A stretch of 64,000 nt of DNA from Veleropilina oligotropha (Eukaryota). Position 1 is the first letter of the stretch. Each line of letters opens with the position of its first letter. The notes under the pieces are model-generated. The model did no database searches and was not told the DNA's origin. It worked only from the letters and a program-made list of their open reading frames with translations. The translations under genes and the position numbers were made by a program. Positions 1-14,596 of this stretch are shown here, piece after piece. The stretch covers positions 1 through 64,000 of the forward strand of contig JBEUKZ010000041.1 of NCBI GenBank assembly GCA_048128005.1, written 5' to 3'.

Positions 1-3000
1 ACCAAATGACGTTAGCGGCGAAAAACGAGTAATGTCATGTTATCGGAGCTATTTTGGTATTTTTTGATAACTCAGTCAATGATAGTCAAACATTTTCACA
101 GTGCACTTGATTTTCGTGAAAATTAAATAAAAATTGCATTATTTTAGCTTTTATGCGAGTGCACCAATATCCTTTTGTTTTAGTTACGGCTAGACTCTCA
201 ATAAACAACCAGCATTTTCGATAATATGTAGTTTGGCCGTCGAGAAACTCTCCCTACATTATCGGGTATCAATAGGAAGGTGGTAAACTCTGCTTTCCAA
301 ATATGGCACGTCTGACCGTGTCAAATATTACATAAACCAATCGCAAATCGTTTTTAGTGAATGTGTTTGTTGAGAAAGCCATAGCAACGAGATCACGTGA
401 CAGGATTCAGATGACGTGTTGGTGTAGACTCACAAGTTTGTCGAACACTGGGCGAGCGAGTAACATCATTCGCTACCACTGGAAATGTTCAAAACATGAC
501 GGGGAAATGATTTCATTTAAAATATGGCTGCAACTTGAACACTCTGATTTGACGATGTTATGCAGTTTGAATTAAAATATATTTTCACAGTGAATTATAA
601 GCTGTGATTAGCGGATTATGCAGGCTGTAATTGCAAGAGTAGGTGGATTTATAAAATTTCAAGACTCGAGATGCGGAAAGTCGAATTAAAAACACGTAAT
701 ATAGCACACGCACACATAATGATATATTTGATCGATTTTGCATTCACCTTAGTAAAATATAATAATATTGTTTTCTCACATAAGCTGGCAACTGGAGATG
801 GCGACAACTCATGGCTTGAACCACAATCTCTCGACGATAAATCACAAAATAAATTAAAATATCTAAATCGCGAGTCAAATGCCCCACACATTGATTGCAA
901 TATATCTCTATGTTATATAGCAATCAATATGTTGTGCATTTTCCTGGCGATTTCGAAAGTATTTGTTTATCTTGTTACTTATCGTCAAGAGACTGTGCTT
1001 GAACCTGGTAATAGCAGAACCCCTGTAATCTGGTATACGATATACTATAGCCCCACCCCCTACATGATATTGTGTAGTATCACTGTGTACAAGCCAGTAT
1101 ATGTTGTTGGAAACTTTATTTTACGACAACTTTTGACATTTTTCAGTGTTCTCAGTCAGGACACCAGGTAATTAAATTTCACTCCGATCTGACCAACACA
1201 CATAACATACCTATATATTATTCCAAGCAGTAAAATGAGCCACCGACCGGGTTCAAACTAGATCCCACACAACAGCATTGGTCCAGTGTCGAACACACTA
1301 ACCACTCATCCGCAGAGACCGCTAATTATGTATACAAAAAGTGTGTGATGTGGTAATTAATTTGGGACTGAGTGTTGGGCCCATAATATTAATTTCCTTT
1401 TGGTCTTGATTTAAAATTAGACCTGGTATATTTACCTGGGAAGATTATCATTATGAAGCAATGTTCAGTCAGGTTGTCGAATGGTATCTGGCACCATAGT
1501 CCATGATTTTTTAGCTAATATGGGTTAAGAAAGATTCAGAACTGAAGAAATCAGCATGGTATGTGGTCTTGTTCAGGCTGTCAACATTGATAATTTCTCA
1601 CTGATCCATACCTTGATTAATTTGAGCTCACAGCTATTCCTATTCTCAAAATGAGCAATATAATACTTGAATACACATAAAATTAAACACTGAATCAACC
1701 AGATATATGAAAACAGCACAGTAATATTAAATTTATTTTATTTCATTAATTCCATGTGAATATATTATTGTATCTCAGTAATGCTACATATCCGGATAGT
1801 GTTTTCAGAAGATTAATATACTAGTATGACATTATAGGTAGTTCAACGTAAAGCATGTTGAGAGTCCATGAGGTCAGTATGAAAGACGAAAATCAGATTA
1901 ATAAATAACTTCCTGACCAGTAATGAAATTGAACATACAATTGTGTTTCTGCACTTTCATCAAACTATATATATAACCCACATGACCAGTTTAAGATATA
2001 CAAGTAACTAACAATGCTAAATACATTATTAATTATTATGAAAATATGACATTACAAATATAAACTTTTATAACACTTTTTTACACACAAATTATCAAAT
2101 TTATCATAACACTAATATTATTATATATTTATACATACGTTTGTTGTAGTATCTTTATATCATTATGCATCTTTCAAGCAGGATTGTTCACAATTTATTA
2201 AATTTGTGAGACGTATACTGGTCAATCATAATATTTGTGATGATAAAATACTATACAAACTTTTTCCAAAGTACACGAAGCAAGAATTCACAAATTGAAT
2301 GGCATATATTATAATATTCCTCAATTCCGCATTACGTGGGTTTATGTATTCCTCCAAAGATTTGCGATGAACTCTATCGAAGATTAGGTGGACTATCCTA
2401 TTCGATCCGCTCAATCCATTGCAAGCCTTTTCAGAAAATCACAGATCAGCTGAAATAAAATAAATTTGCAGAATGAATAAATTTAAAGAATTGAAAATTA
2501 TTCGCAAAAATGTAAAACTTAAAATATAAAGTAGAGTTATATATATATATATATAAATAAAATTTAATGTTCATCTGATGATTGTTTAAATATAAATTTC
2601 ATAAACATCTATTGGACTAAACATGTTCCATTTAATAGGAAAATATTTTATTAATAAGATTATATATTTAATAAAATTTACATATTTCCTTTGTATATTT
2701 CATAAAATTTACTTATTTCTTTTATATATTTCATAAAATACATTTTACTTATATTTAATGCAATGTATTTTACTTAATTATTTCACTTTTATTTAAGAAT
2801 CTACCCATGAAATAAAATTAGTTTCTGTATTTTCATAATACTCAAAAGAGCTCAATTATGAGTAAATTTCTATAAAATTATAAAGTCCTATCACAATTTA
2901 TTCATGAATTAACTTCGAAATGTTTGGATTCATGTATGTTGTTTGCTAGTTGGAAGATATGGCAACAAGAAAATAAGTACAAATTATATATATTTAATAA

Positions 3001-3283
3001 GGAAATTCAAAATAATTCAATATATATAAAATGATGAAGACTAGAAAATCATATTAAATATTATTTTGTAATACAATTCTTAATAGTTATGATTGACAAT
3101 ATCACAATTTGATATCACTATCAGAAAAAATACTATATATATATATATTCGCGCGTGCGCGCGCATGTATATGCGATGCAGACTACATTGCACAAAGTCA
3201 ATAAGACATATAATCAATATATTGAGTGGCATCCACCTGATTTACTTGTCGCTGTTTCAGCGCAAATGGCATTCGCTTCAATG

Positions 3284-3483
3284 ATGCCGGCCTGGATAGT
3301 AATCTTGCTAGCAATGACATGTGCATCAATTAAAGGACAAGCAGCGTATGTATACCACAATGCGGACGTAACGTATCAAGGTGCTCTGGATTATTGCGCT
3401 TCAATTGGGATGACTCTTGCCCAGCCGAAGACTTCTCAACTTTGGCGATTGCTGATCGCCTTTTGCAATGCTGGAACCATGTG
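3284..3483 (+). CDS. Exon 1 (coding) of secreted C-type lectin + PAN domain gene 1: signal peptide and N-terminal half of the CTLD
   Basis: MPAWIVILLAMTCASIKG (hydrophobic signal peptide) is followed by YVYHNADVTYQGALDYCASIGMTLAQP, matching the CTLD 'A..C...G..LA' motif. Donor TG|GTGAGC at 3483/3484 (phase 2). In-frame ATGs also occur at 3266 and 3281; 3284 is the one conserved in the paralog. Confidence 0.85.
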
Positions 3484-4104
3484 GTGAGCTTACTCTCTCT
3501 GAATAAGTTTGGTATAGTTTGGATCAATGCATAATGTTCCATTTTAACACTGTTCCGGGTCAGACCATGACATGTCCACACTATAAGACGTAATATCAAA
3601 ATATAATAGTTTATTAAATTAAGGTGTATCAACTACCAACATTAATAGGCGTATGTCGGCAAAGTTAGGAAGGTCACTGAAACTGAAGAGACCGATGATG
3701 TTGATATGGAGGGAATTGTCAATGAGCTACACTAATTAATAAATTGAATTCATGAAATATATATTGTCTTGAAATATATATAGCCCTGTGCCGCAAATAT
3801 CCATTTGTTTCAGGGCAAGTAACAATATCATAATAATGCTTCACACTGTTTTGATGACTCTGAGATGAAACCTTCTTGATATGTATATTTGGCACCAAGG
3901 ACACCACTAAGACATTATGAATTTTGTTGTCATGCAACATGTTGAACAAGGAACAGTTTTTCCGTCAAGACTGTTCATGCCAGGCATAATTTGGTTGAGT
4001 TTGCATACGTAACCAGGTCTTCGACGATTAACTAAGGAAGGCCATTTAATTTTACAAGTGTATCTTAACAGGAGATCCAATGACCAAGATATAAATATTT
4101 TAAG

Positions 4105-4320
4105 GGTGCGCCTCATGGCTTAGTGGATATGACACTGGTCTTCTGGCCGAAGGTCCCGACTCAAATTTCCGTGAGTGCCGAAGAGTAAGCACATTGCGTT
4201 GCCTTCTCCATTGCACATAGTGTCCGTCTGATCATATGGAGACGGCAAACCGCGACGGCGATGTGACCGAAATACTGTTAAACTGGTCGTAAAACTTTAA
4301 TATAAAGAAACAAGCAAACA
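4105..4320 (+). mobile_element. tRNA-derived SINE
   Basis: A-box TGGCTTAGTGG, degenerate B-box, and a 3' tail gatgtgaccgaaatactgttaaactggtcgtaaaac followed by an A-rich end. Confidence 0.6.
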
Positions 4321-5011
4321 GTAAAGGAACACGATGGTGAAAGCCAAAGATCATCACTACGGCTAATAGTTTACCCACTCTAGCGGAAAAAGCGACACCG
4401 AAAATGACGTCATAAAATTTGGGCCCCGATCCGAATTGGGATCAATTTTTGGTATATTCCGGTGATAAGGAACACGAGAGTGAAACATCAGTATCTACAT
4501 TGGACATTAAAATCACAACTCAGTTCCATAAGGTTGGCACCGTCAAACGATTTTGATTGAAAACAGATTTTGATAAAGAACGGAGAGGTAATCGAACGAA
4601 GGTCAGTGTCACTTCTGTAGGTGCTGTCCATACACGTGTGTAGGCGTACTGAATATTTCCAGAAATTCATAATACAATGCCAAAATTAGTGTTAGTTTAC
4701 TAATATTTTTTCTCATTACCATGCTCGTTCATAAATGTCACAGAGAATCTCTGTAAGCAATTTTTCACGGATACGGATGCGTGTTTTGTAACCTGACATA
4801 GACTTTATGCTCTACCTTTGAAGAAATTGGTAGTGATCTATTGATGTTTTGGTTTATGTATCAAAGTAGTTCGGGTATTTTGACGAATTAAAGAAACAAT
4901 AATGTTGTCATTGTTTGGTCGTTGTTTTTGAATCTACAATCATGTCGAAACGCATGGAAGTGGAAGAACCGGTGACGTCACAACGCAGGGGGATATGTGA
5001 CGTCATAACGT

Positions 5012-6131
5012 CGGGAAGGTTCGGTGACACTGACCAACCGAGAAGTATGTTAGAGAAACACATGGAAGGATCGGTGAAACTGATCAACCGAGAAGCATGT
5101 AAGAGAAACGCATGGAAAGATCGTCGAGACTGACCAACCGAGAAGCATGTAAGAGAAACGCATGGAAGGATCGGTGAGACTGACCAACCGAGAAGTTTGT
5201 AAGAGAAACGCATAGAAGGATCGGTGAGACTGACCAACTGAGAGGCATGTAAGAGAAACGCATGGAAGGATCTGTAAGACTGACCAACCGGGAAGCATGT
5301 AAGAGAAACGCATGGAAGGATCGGTGAGAATGACCAGCCGAGAAGTATGTAAGAGAAACGCATGGAAGGATCGGTGAGACTGACCAACCGAGAAGTATGT
5401 ACGAGAAACGCATGGAAGGATCGGTGAGACTGACCAACCGAGAAGTATGTAAGAGAAACGCATGGAAGGATCGGTGAGACTGGTCAACCGAGAAGTATGG
5501 AAGAGAAACGCATGGAGGGATGGTGAGACTGACCAGCTGAGAAGTATGTAAGAAAAACGCATGGAAGGATCGGTGAGACTGACCAACCGAGAAGCATGTA
5601 AGAGAAACGCATGGAAGGATCGGTGAGACTGACCAGCCGAGAAGTATGTAAGAGAAACGAATGGAAACCGAGAAGTATGTAAGAGAAATGCATGGAAGGA
5701 TCGGTGAGACTGACCAACCGAGAAGTATGTAAGAGAAGCGCATGGAAGGATCGGTGAGACTGACCAACCGAGAAGTACGTAAGAGAAACGCATGGAAGGA
5801 TCGGTGAGACTGACCAACCGAGAAGTGTGTAAGAGAAACGCATGGAAGGATCGGTGGGACTGACCAACCGAGAAGTGTGTAAGAGAAACGCATTGAAGGA
5901 TCGGTGAGACTGACCAACCGAGAAGTGTGTAAGAGAAACGCATTGAAGGATCGGTGAGACTGACCAACCGAGAAGTATGTAGGAGAAACGTATGGAAGGA
6001 TCGGTGAGACTGACCAACCGAGAAGTATGTAAGACAGACGCATGGAAGGATCGGTGAGACTGACCAACCGAGAAGTATGTAAGACAGACGCATGGAAGGA
6101 TCGGTGAGACTGACCAAAAGAGAAGTATGTA
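5012..6131. repeat. 50-bp minisatellite, ~22 copies
   Basis: Unit GACCAACCGAGAAGTATGTAAGAGAAACGCATGGAAGGATCGGTGAGACT repeated head-to-tail with few substitutions; one partial unit near 5660. Confidence 0.97.
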
Positions 6132-6148
6132 GTAAACTTATATACTTC

Positions 6149-7810
6149 GGGCCATGTTCTCGAAACTGTCGAAATTTAGGTGACAGCGACATCGTAAAAT
6201 CAGATTATCGACGCTTTAGTGTTAGCCATAGCGACTGTTAGCAGAAGCTATCGTTTTCATGTGGTAACAACGTAGTTAAATATTTGTCGTGACAGGAAAA
6301 TCACCATGTCGCTGGGGTGTGAGGTGTTAGACGCGGCAATTAAATGTCGCGCAAAGAGCAGATATTAGCCTTGAAACAAGGCTCTTTGTGATTACGAATA
6401 TCTGTACGGTTTTGGTATTTTCAATATCATATTCTTACTATCGACACCTGTAACGGATATAAAACCTGTCAGTAGTCGAGTAGAATATAAATTTGCAAAA
6501 AATAAATATTGAAATGTTTCTGAACGTATCAAAGTAATACTCCTTTCCTCTCAGTTGTCGAAATGTCTCTTAGTAATTGTTGTCTTGTAACCGCCCCCTC
6601 ACTGCGCAGTCGCTAGTCTCTAGCTTCGATGCAGCACCATCATTATTGTCGTCGTCACTCTCTGTGTCGGCATCATTGTTCTAGTATTCGGGGACAGGGA
6701 TTTGCATTTGTTTACATATATTATCTAAAATGACAGTATTCACTATGACGTACACACACCGATTTGGAACAAACATTAGACAACCACCTGATTTGTGTAG
6801 ACAGCGCCAACGAGATTTCCAAACACCAAAAGCTCTCTCGGAAGAAGACTGCGTAGTCTTATGATATCGGTTGTAGGCTCTCTCCTGTTGATTGTTTGCA
6901 ACCTGTAGTGAAGTTAACAGCCACGGCTTCAGTGAGTATCCAGAATCATCCAATAACCAACATCCATTGTATTGTCCCTTTTTGAATTTTGATGAGAGTT
7001 CACAATTTCTCCATATCAGTGCATCATGCGTGGAGCCGGGCCATTTGGCAACAATATCAATAAACATTCCTTTCCCTGATACAACTAATTGGACATTAAT
7101 TGCATGGTATCCTTTATGACTGAAGTACAAATGTTCATCATGAGAGGGGCCTTTATTGGAATGAGAGTGTCATCCAATGCTCCACCCACGTTTGGAAAAT
7201 TACCCAATTGGTAAAATGCCGCCTTGGCAGATGGCATTTCAAAATTTAGGAGGAAATTCTACATGCAAATTCAAAAGTTTTTCCACTATGGTTTTTTAAA
7301 TTTTGTGTACACAGCGTGATACTGAGAAACGATTTATTCCATTTACATCTTCAGTGACAGCTTGAAAACTTCCTGTTGCAAAAAAATCGCAGAGCGACTA
7401 GAACTTTCAGTGACCCGGGTAAATAGGCACTTCTTCGCGTAGGTCGCGTGATGCTGTCTTCAAGATTACGGCACAAGTATAAATTTCTATCTCGATTGAA
7501 TCTATGCTTTTCCTGCAGTTGAATGTCCTGCATATAACCAAGATAATTATCACGGTTTCGAAATACTCTTGGAAAAGTTTGTTGTCTCCTTTGTCGCCTG
7601 TTTCTCGCTACGATTAACAACGCAACCGCCATTGGAAAAACCGTTGAATGCTTGTTTACTACACTGTAACAGCAGGGTATTGTGTGTAGTTAAAATTACG
7701 ATATCGTTCGTTACTCAACTTGTTTACGACAGCTACGAGCACAGCAATATTTGGTCCACGATGGCATACCGACGTCGTTAGACACAACGATAGCTTCGGG
7801 AACATAGCCC
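6149..7810 (-). mobile_element. Degenerate PIF/Harbinger DNA transposon
   Basis: Imperfect TIRs GGGCCATGTTCTCGAAACTGTCG (6149) and CGATAGCTTCGGGAACATAGCCC (7810) flank a Harbinger transposase remnant. TSD not clear. Confidence 0.8.
6681..7632 (-). pseudogene. Frameshifted Harbinger (HARBI1-like, DDE_Tnp_4) transposase
   Basis: Motifs KGYHAINVQ, AKWPGSTHDA, LLDDSGY.LKPWLLT, ERAFGVWKSRWRCL and N-terminal RVFRNR..RF..LKVLVALRFF are split over different frames. Confidence 0.9.
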
Positions 7811-9399
7811 CTTGTCAGACAAACCCTGCAATGTGAGTTTCAATCTCCAATCAGCGATTATGTATATTTCTTGCCAATAAATGGAAGTGGATTGATAAGG
7901 AGTTGAAAATCGCTGGTTTAACGGGTATTCGAAAGAGTTGAATAGTGTTTTCACACATATATGGATATTTTCTCCACGCAAGCACGGACACTGACACCGA
8001 CGAGGAAACGGACACGGAAAACGCATCACGGATTATAGTCCGGGAGCCCATGACATGATATCAACATTTCGTTTACTTCAGCCGCCGACAAATTTTGACA
8101 CCTCTACAACACTTCCCAAAACATTATAGATTAATGCCTGGGTGTCAGTGGAAATATTTATGTGGGCTATAATTTGTGGCAGGTATCTGAAAACCAGCAA
8201 CACGCAGCATATTATCGGCCATTTTTGCTTGCATGTTATGACGCTAGTTACTATAAACGAACGGCACACTGTAAATGAGTTCTCTTGCGAAAGCGAGGCT
8301 TCTATATATTTATGCTAGGCAATTTTGTAAAAGAATGCTCATTATTAAACGAGTTTTAGGACTTAAGACTTTAATTTTACTAGAAATCTAATGGTATTAC
8401 ATTTTACATCATCTCGAGTACAACTGTATGCTATGTTCGGCAAATTTATTTGAATAAAAAGAAAATAGCTACACCTATGTTTCTATTTTTTAAATGTGAC
8501 GTTATTTATGTCTATTAGGCCTATGTCTATACGTAACGGTACCGTATGTTATTAGGCTATATGCTGACTAATACGATCTTAACATAAATCTGCCTTCACT
8601 ATTCATTCATTAGGCTAATTAATTAAATTAATTAGTTAAAACTATTCTATATTATATTGCCTTTATTAATAATTCCTTAACGCAGTCAGTACACTCGGTT
8701 TAGGTATGACTCCGATCTGACCGACACACTATGTAGAATAAGCCGGGCCCGCCGAGCTGTCTCGGTTGAGTGTTTGACGCGCTATCCGCTCACCCAACGA
8801 AGCAGTCAAAACAATGAACTAATACACTTATTATCATCATAATAACACATAACGACTTACCGATTTCACTGAATGATACCATGCCGTAGTGGTTATGATG
8901 TAAAACGATAATCATTGTGGACTTAAACATAGGCATGTCTTATTGATAAATTATTCATATTTCCATACACGCACTAACTGATTCATCCACACTGTGCTGA
9001 TCAAATCGTCGTCCCCCCCCCCACCCCAAGTTAACAGTGAACTAAATTATTTTTCATGATGTCAAACAATTTTGCCCAGTTTTATCAAAGTTAACAGAAC
9101 AGTTCATTATCATAGTTTAGACTTATTTCGTTAGGCATTCTCATCGATACGATAGCTTCATTGGTACCACATCCCTGTCTAAAAACGAATTGGCTCATGC
9201 CAGCTAAAATGTTGTCCTTGGCTTCAATTCTTCGGATAGGGGCTCTTAGGATGAGGTCGATGGTTCTACCATGTCCATATTATGTATAACACTTAGTTTC
9301 TTGTAAAGTGGCATCGTGATTGCTTTTGTGATCACAAATCCAGATTCATGTGCGATTGACCGTGACGGTGGTGTGTTTCAATATGTGACAATGATGCTG

Positions 9400-10160
9400 A
9401 TAGAGGCGATGGGAAGAGGGTGTGTCAGTAGTAGGACAGTTATTGAATGGTGTGGGGTTTGCAGATGACGAAGGAAGTTGTAGCAAGCCCAGAGGCAGGA
9501 TTTCAAAAGCCGATGGACAGTCTAAATTAAAGACCGAAGACCTACGACAAAAAATATCATGTTAATAAGACAAAGGTGATGGCATCGCAAGAAAAGGAGG
9601 TGGCGTTCTTAATATATTTACGGATAGACAAATGGCGGAACAGGTTAAGAAATTCAAATACCCGAGAATACTACTTACTGGGGAAGGAAGAAAGCCAATA
9701 TGAGTTCGGAGCAAGACTAGGAATGGCAAAGACCGCTTTCAACAAAAAGAAAGTTATATTGGCAACGAACTTCAGTGAGAACATTAAGAAAATAGTTATT
9801 AAATGAGTCGGCAGGAGTGTCGATTTATATGATGCCGAGAAATGGACAATGCAAAAGAAGAAGAGGGGAGTTAGAAACCTTCGAAATATGGGTTTGGAGA
9901 AGGACAGGGAAAGACCAATGTAGACATGTTTGCACTGTGTAAGTAGAGAAAGAAGAATGGATTGGTTTTGTATTGAGGACCCCTGAACTGATGAGAGATG
10001 TCATTGAGGGTATAATGGAAGGGTAGAAGAAAGATATGCTGAATGATCTAAAAGACAAGCACCCATATGTGGAAATAAAGCGAAGGGCAGTAGATAGGAT
10101 AGAATGGAACAGATGACAGCCACAGACATGTCTGGCGACAGATAGCCAACGATGACGATG
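9400..10160 (+). mobile_element. 3' fragment of an RTE-clade LINE (degenerate)
   Basis: Fragments FADD, RLGMAKTAFNKKK, AEKWT, FEIWVWRR, WIGFVLR..VIEG, EIKRRAVDRIEW, with stops and frameshifts. Ends in a (GAT/GAC) microsatellite tail. Confidence 0.8.
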
Positions 10161-10825
10161 AATCCATTTTCATATTTTTAAATATATTCCATAGTTTAAT
10201 TGGCCTACATGATATATTTTATGTTATTACACTAGTGTATAGGTGATTTTTCGAAAATCGACAAGATTATGAACGGCACACATTACAATCTAACTATGAA
10301 GCTCATTAGCTCATCCTTGAAGTCAAGCACATATTACAATGGATCGCTTTGCTGGGATAGCTGAAACAATGAACAATATAAACAACAGGAAACAGGATTT
10401 GCTCAAACTTCGATAATAGAACACGATTGAACGACGTCACCCGTTACACAATCAATACAAAGCACATGACCATTGCCAAAGTCATGGAGGAGATACTTTC
10501 AACTTATAAAGACTGTGCCAATCACCACTTACGGACAACACATTATGAATCTGTTATTTGAAAGCATCCTCGCGTTTTATGTAATAACTTTCTTTCATCA
10601 CCTCTACGACAGGATTAGCAGAAAGGTGGGGTTGGTTTTCGTATGCTTAAGCTCATGAACAATACTCCAGCTTCAGAAGCCATCACGAAATTCAGGGTAA
10701 GCGGATGCGTAATAGGCTGAAGGGATAAATGCATATGCAGACATGCTGACCACCCATGCTCACCAGCTTACAAGTGTGAGGACGAACGTGCCAACAATGC
10801 GGCAGATAATAATGATGACGATTGC

Positions 10826-11070
10826 ATTGAATCGATGCTTAATGTCCTGTATATTTACAACCGTTAGGTTCAAAGAAGAACATGGCCATATTATCGCGGG
10901 AGGAAATCTCAGTCGTCCAGGTAAACCCGCCCTCTCCTGCCAGTTACGGACAGCTGCGATTGATAATTGATCAAAGAATGTCATGTCCCAACCGTGATTC
11001 TAACCCACTCCTGATAGCTAGCGCAATCTAGCCAGCGATTTTAGAGTCGGCACTCAAGACCACACGGAGA
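10826..11070 (-). mobile_element. tRNA-derived SINE family X, copy
   Basis: Homologous to copies at ~14880, ~21298, ~22110 and ~30580 (shared core ccatattatcgcgggaggaa...cccgccctctcc...cagttacggaca). Confidence 0.75.
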
Positions 11071-11920
11071 GGTTTGGTGATGACGACGACTTGTTTATAA
11101 CGCTAAAGCATGCCATTTATGTAAAACGTTTGGACACTGTAATATTATTATGGCATTTAATGTATTAGGATTACACTAAACGAGTGAGCATATGTTCACG
11201 AGTACGTAACCTTGCAATGCGTCATTCAACTCAGGACCAGCCACAAGTCTTTTCAGTTCTTTTGGGAGGCTTTTCCAAAATCGATGTGATTTTGTTCTAG
11301 ACAACATAGTTTAAATCGACCATATCCATATTACCGAACATGTTATGCGCACATACATTAGTGAAGTAAATCAATACCAATTCAGGATTACATTTTTACC
11401 TGCGTCTAGCAGGGTCAATGAATGGTACATGTTGTTGTTCTTCTTGGGGGGAAGACAATTTTGAAATGATTTCAACCAGATCTTCCACCTTTTAGGCGAC
11501 TTCGACAACAAGCCAATTTGAAAAAAGTGCATGACCACTTGATGTATCAATTGAGAGATGCTGCCTAACAGAATAGCAAATTACCATGACAGCCTCTTTG
11601 ATGAATAAATATTAAATCATACAGAAACGTGGTCTGTATTATATGTATCACACATGTTTCACAGTAGTAAAAGAGGTATAACAGTTAAACATTTTAAGAT
11701 TTTGCATACTTTATTAAATTATAATTAATCAACTTTATTATAATTAACTAAGTCTGTCAAAGGGGCGTAACTCTTGAAAACCAATTTGTGAATTCTATGA
11801 AATCATACAGAAACATGGTCTGTATAATATATGTATCACACATGTTTCACAGTAGAAATTTTGCTTATGACGCAGGTTATTGCACACATTCTGTGCTTGT
11901 TAAACAAGGTAGCGCGTGCA

Positions 11921-12412
11921 CAGAGGGAGCCGCAAAGGGCAAGCCCCCCCCCCCCCCCTAAAATTTCATGACACAGTTATGCTGTAAATGGTGCATATAT
12001 ATGTCTGGCTTAAAACATCGTATTTACAGCCTAAAAACGCAGGAGAAACTGTTTCACAGTTTTGAATACTAAAATTACATTGCGTGTGAGGCCCCATCTC
12101 CCACGCTCACCATTAATATAGTAAACTAAATACATCTTCTCATTTGCAACCTCAGAACGCAGGAGATCCTGTTTCACAGTTTTAAATACTAGTACTTAAA
12201 TTTTCTTGCACGGGGGGGTGGGGGGGTGGCCGTATTATAGTAATATATTATAGTATCGCATTTGTAGCCTCAAAACATGGGAGAAGCTGTTTCAAACAGC
12301 CTTAAATACCAACATTTTATTGCGCGAGGGGCCCCATCCTGAAGCATACAGTTAATAGTAATCTCATAGTAAAATTGAGCCCCCCCAAGTCAAAATCCTC
12401 TAAATGCCTCTG
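11921..12412. mobile_element. Possible hAT-like MITE with three internal ~115-140-bp repeats
   Basis: CAGAGG...CCTCTG ends with adjacent poly-C tracts, and an internal repeated block gcct-aaaacgcaggaga-ctgtttcacag. TSD not convincing. Confidence 0.4.
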
Positions 12413-14596
12413 CATGCAACGTGTTAAAATTAATCAAACACAAGCGATATTTATTTTGCAGAGCTTTAAGACGATTGAAAAGATTGGGTTTGGCGCGATA
12501 TTCATTTTTTGTAATGATCGACCCAATATGATATTTATGTTATGCCAGATTCAATGCCCTTATAAATACACATTATTTTATTTCACAGTGTGCATTAAAT
12601 ATTACATTTTATTATAACTGATAGTCTGGCAATTTATTTAATGTCTTCACTCGGTGGAGTTATTTCAGTTACAAAATTTAATTATAATATAATTTAAGGT
12701 ATGATAATTTTCACATGTCGTAGCCCCCCCCCCCCCCCTTTCCTTTAATGTCCCTAAATTAATATTTTCTATAAAATTTTGAACTCACATTTGAATCTGT
12801 ACTACATATTAATAAAAGGCCATCCATCGTGGTTATACTCTTGTCACCCGTTATATATATCTAAAGCATGTTGTCACTTTCCACTACAAATACATACTTA
12901 AAAAAGAATGCGAATTTTTCAGACAGTGGTTGTTTTAAAAGTGCCCTGAAAAATTATAGCCCACCTATTTTGCTCCACTGACACCAGGGTAGTATCTGGC
13001 AAGGACCAATATTGAATGCAGAATAGGTCAAAATGTGTCGGCGGCTGAAGTAAACGAAATCATTTTCTAGGTCCTTTATGGGGCATTGGCTCCCGGACTA
13101 TTAATGGATAACCACCTTTAGTGTGCAAATGTTTCTTTACTGAAAATTCTCAAATTGTTACAGTAATATAAATATTTCTTTTACTCTGGATAACCTGGTC
13201 CAGGGAAAGGAATTATTTCTTATTTGACCGATCCTTCAAAGCACATAGTCTGCTTTCTACGAAACAATTAAGGGATATATTCGTATTACGTGTTGCTATA
13301 TATCTGTAAATGTTAATTGTGTTCACGCAATGATACTTTCGCGTCTCATGATCACATACATGTCACTGACCGGTTGACATAATAAGCATTCTGAAACTGA
13401 AATTTCCATAATTGAATTCTGAATGTCGCACAGCTCTCGCCATTTTGCGCATAATTGAAAATTGGTCTGATTATTGTCATACCGGATATAACTGTCTACT
13501 TAGAGTCGTGTAAACTAATCAGCTAATTAATATTATTTCGATTTTGATTGTCAAGACTGATTAGTACCACCAGTATAATGTATTGGAATTATGATTCTAC
13601 CAAATGCTTGATCCACTTTGTTATTCACAAATATCCACTCGAATCGTGGGAATTGTCAACACACTTATCGAACATCTCGGATTTCGCATCAAACATTTCA
13701 GCAATACACATTCTTAATTCGTTTGAAATTTAATATTTGTAACAAAATAACTATTTATTGTATCATATATCTTCTTTACATTTAGAGTCAACAAAAATAA
13801 ACGTATTAAATAGATACTCAATTTTGGATTGCGTTCGCATATAGTATATATATTTGTCGATAGAACAGTAAAGCAGTGAATCCAGATTGTGTGTTTATAA
13901 AAGTAACAATGCTATCGTAAGACGTTGTGGATACACGTTTTCTCGGTCCATTTTCGTTATCTGAAAATATGAATTGACTTCAAAAATTGCAGCAAATGTT
14001 TTTTCAAAGGTCTTTTGTAGTATCAGATGTTGTCACTAACATATCAAACGTCTACCACAATCTGACCTCTGGAAAGGTCAAATTTTCAAGAAAGCGTCTA
14101 AGATGGCGGTAAATCCTTCAAATGCCCATTACACCTTTATTATTCATCCTAGAAATTTAACTGTGGTGCCTAGCCCCATGTTTTGGGTGTTTATGATTAT
14201 TATTAGCATATTTGAATTATAGTGAAGTGATTACTTAATTGCGAAATCCAAGATGGCGGTCCAATATGGCCGCCAAATCATTGAAATACCCATTACTTCT
14301 TAATTATTCATCCTATAAAATTGATTTTGGCGCTTATAATAAAAAAACATACGGTTCATGTGGAGTGTCGTTTGATAATGACGTTTATGTCGTTTGGTTT
14401 GAATATATCATGCACGATATAGAAGTCTATATATATTTATGTGCCTCCAGATAGCGTGAACAAGGCATCAACTGATAATGGCCCATACTCATCAGTTCCC
14501 ACATGTTTACTTTCTGTGGCATATTTATAGCGGTACTTTGTTTATTATGACACATGACACTGCTATTTCAATATTTAATATTTCCTTCGATTATAG

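Noticed and set aside
357..1171. ORFs of 72-166 aa at the window start
   Set aside because: No recognisable motif or splice support; probably repeat-derived or chance ORFs.
4908..6192. Overlapping minus-strand ORFs, or a CRISPR-like array
   Set aside because: A 50-bp head-to-tail repeat with no unique spacers and no cas genes, in a eukaryotic context. The ORFs cycle through frames as expected for a stop-free unit.
6681..7632. Functional domesticated HARBI1 gene
   Set aside because: Frameshifted and flanked by TIRs, so it is a decayed transposon copy.
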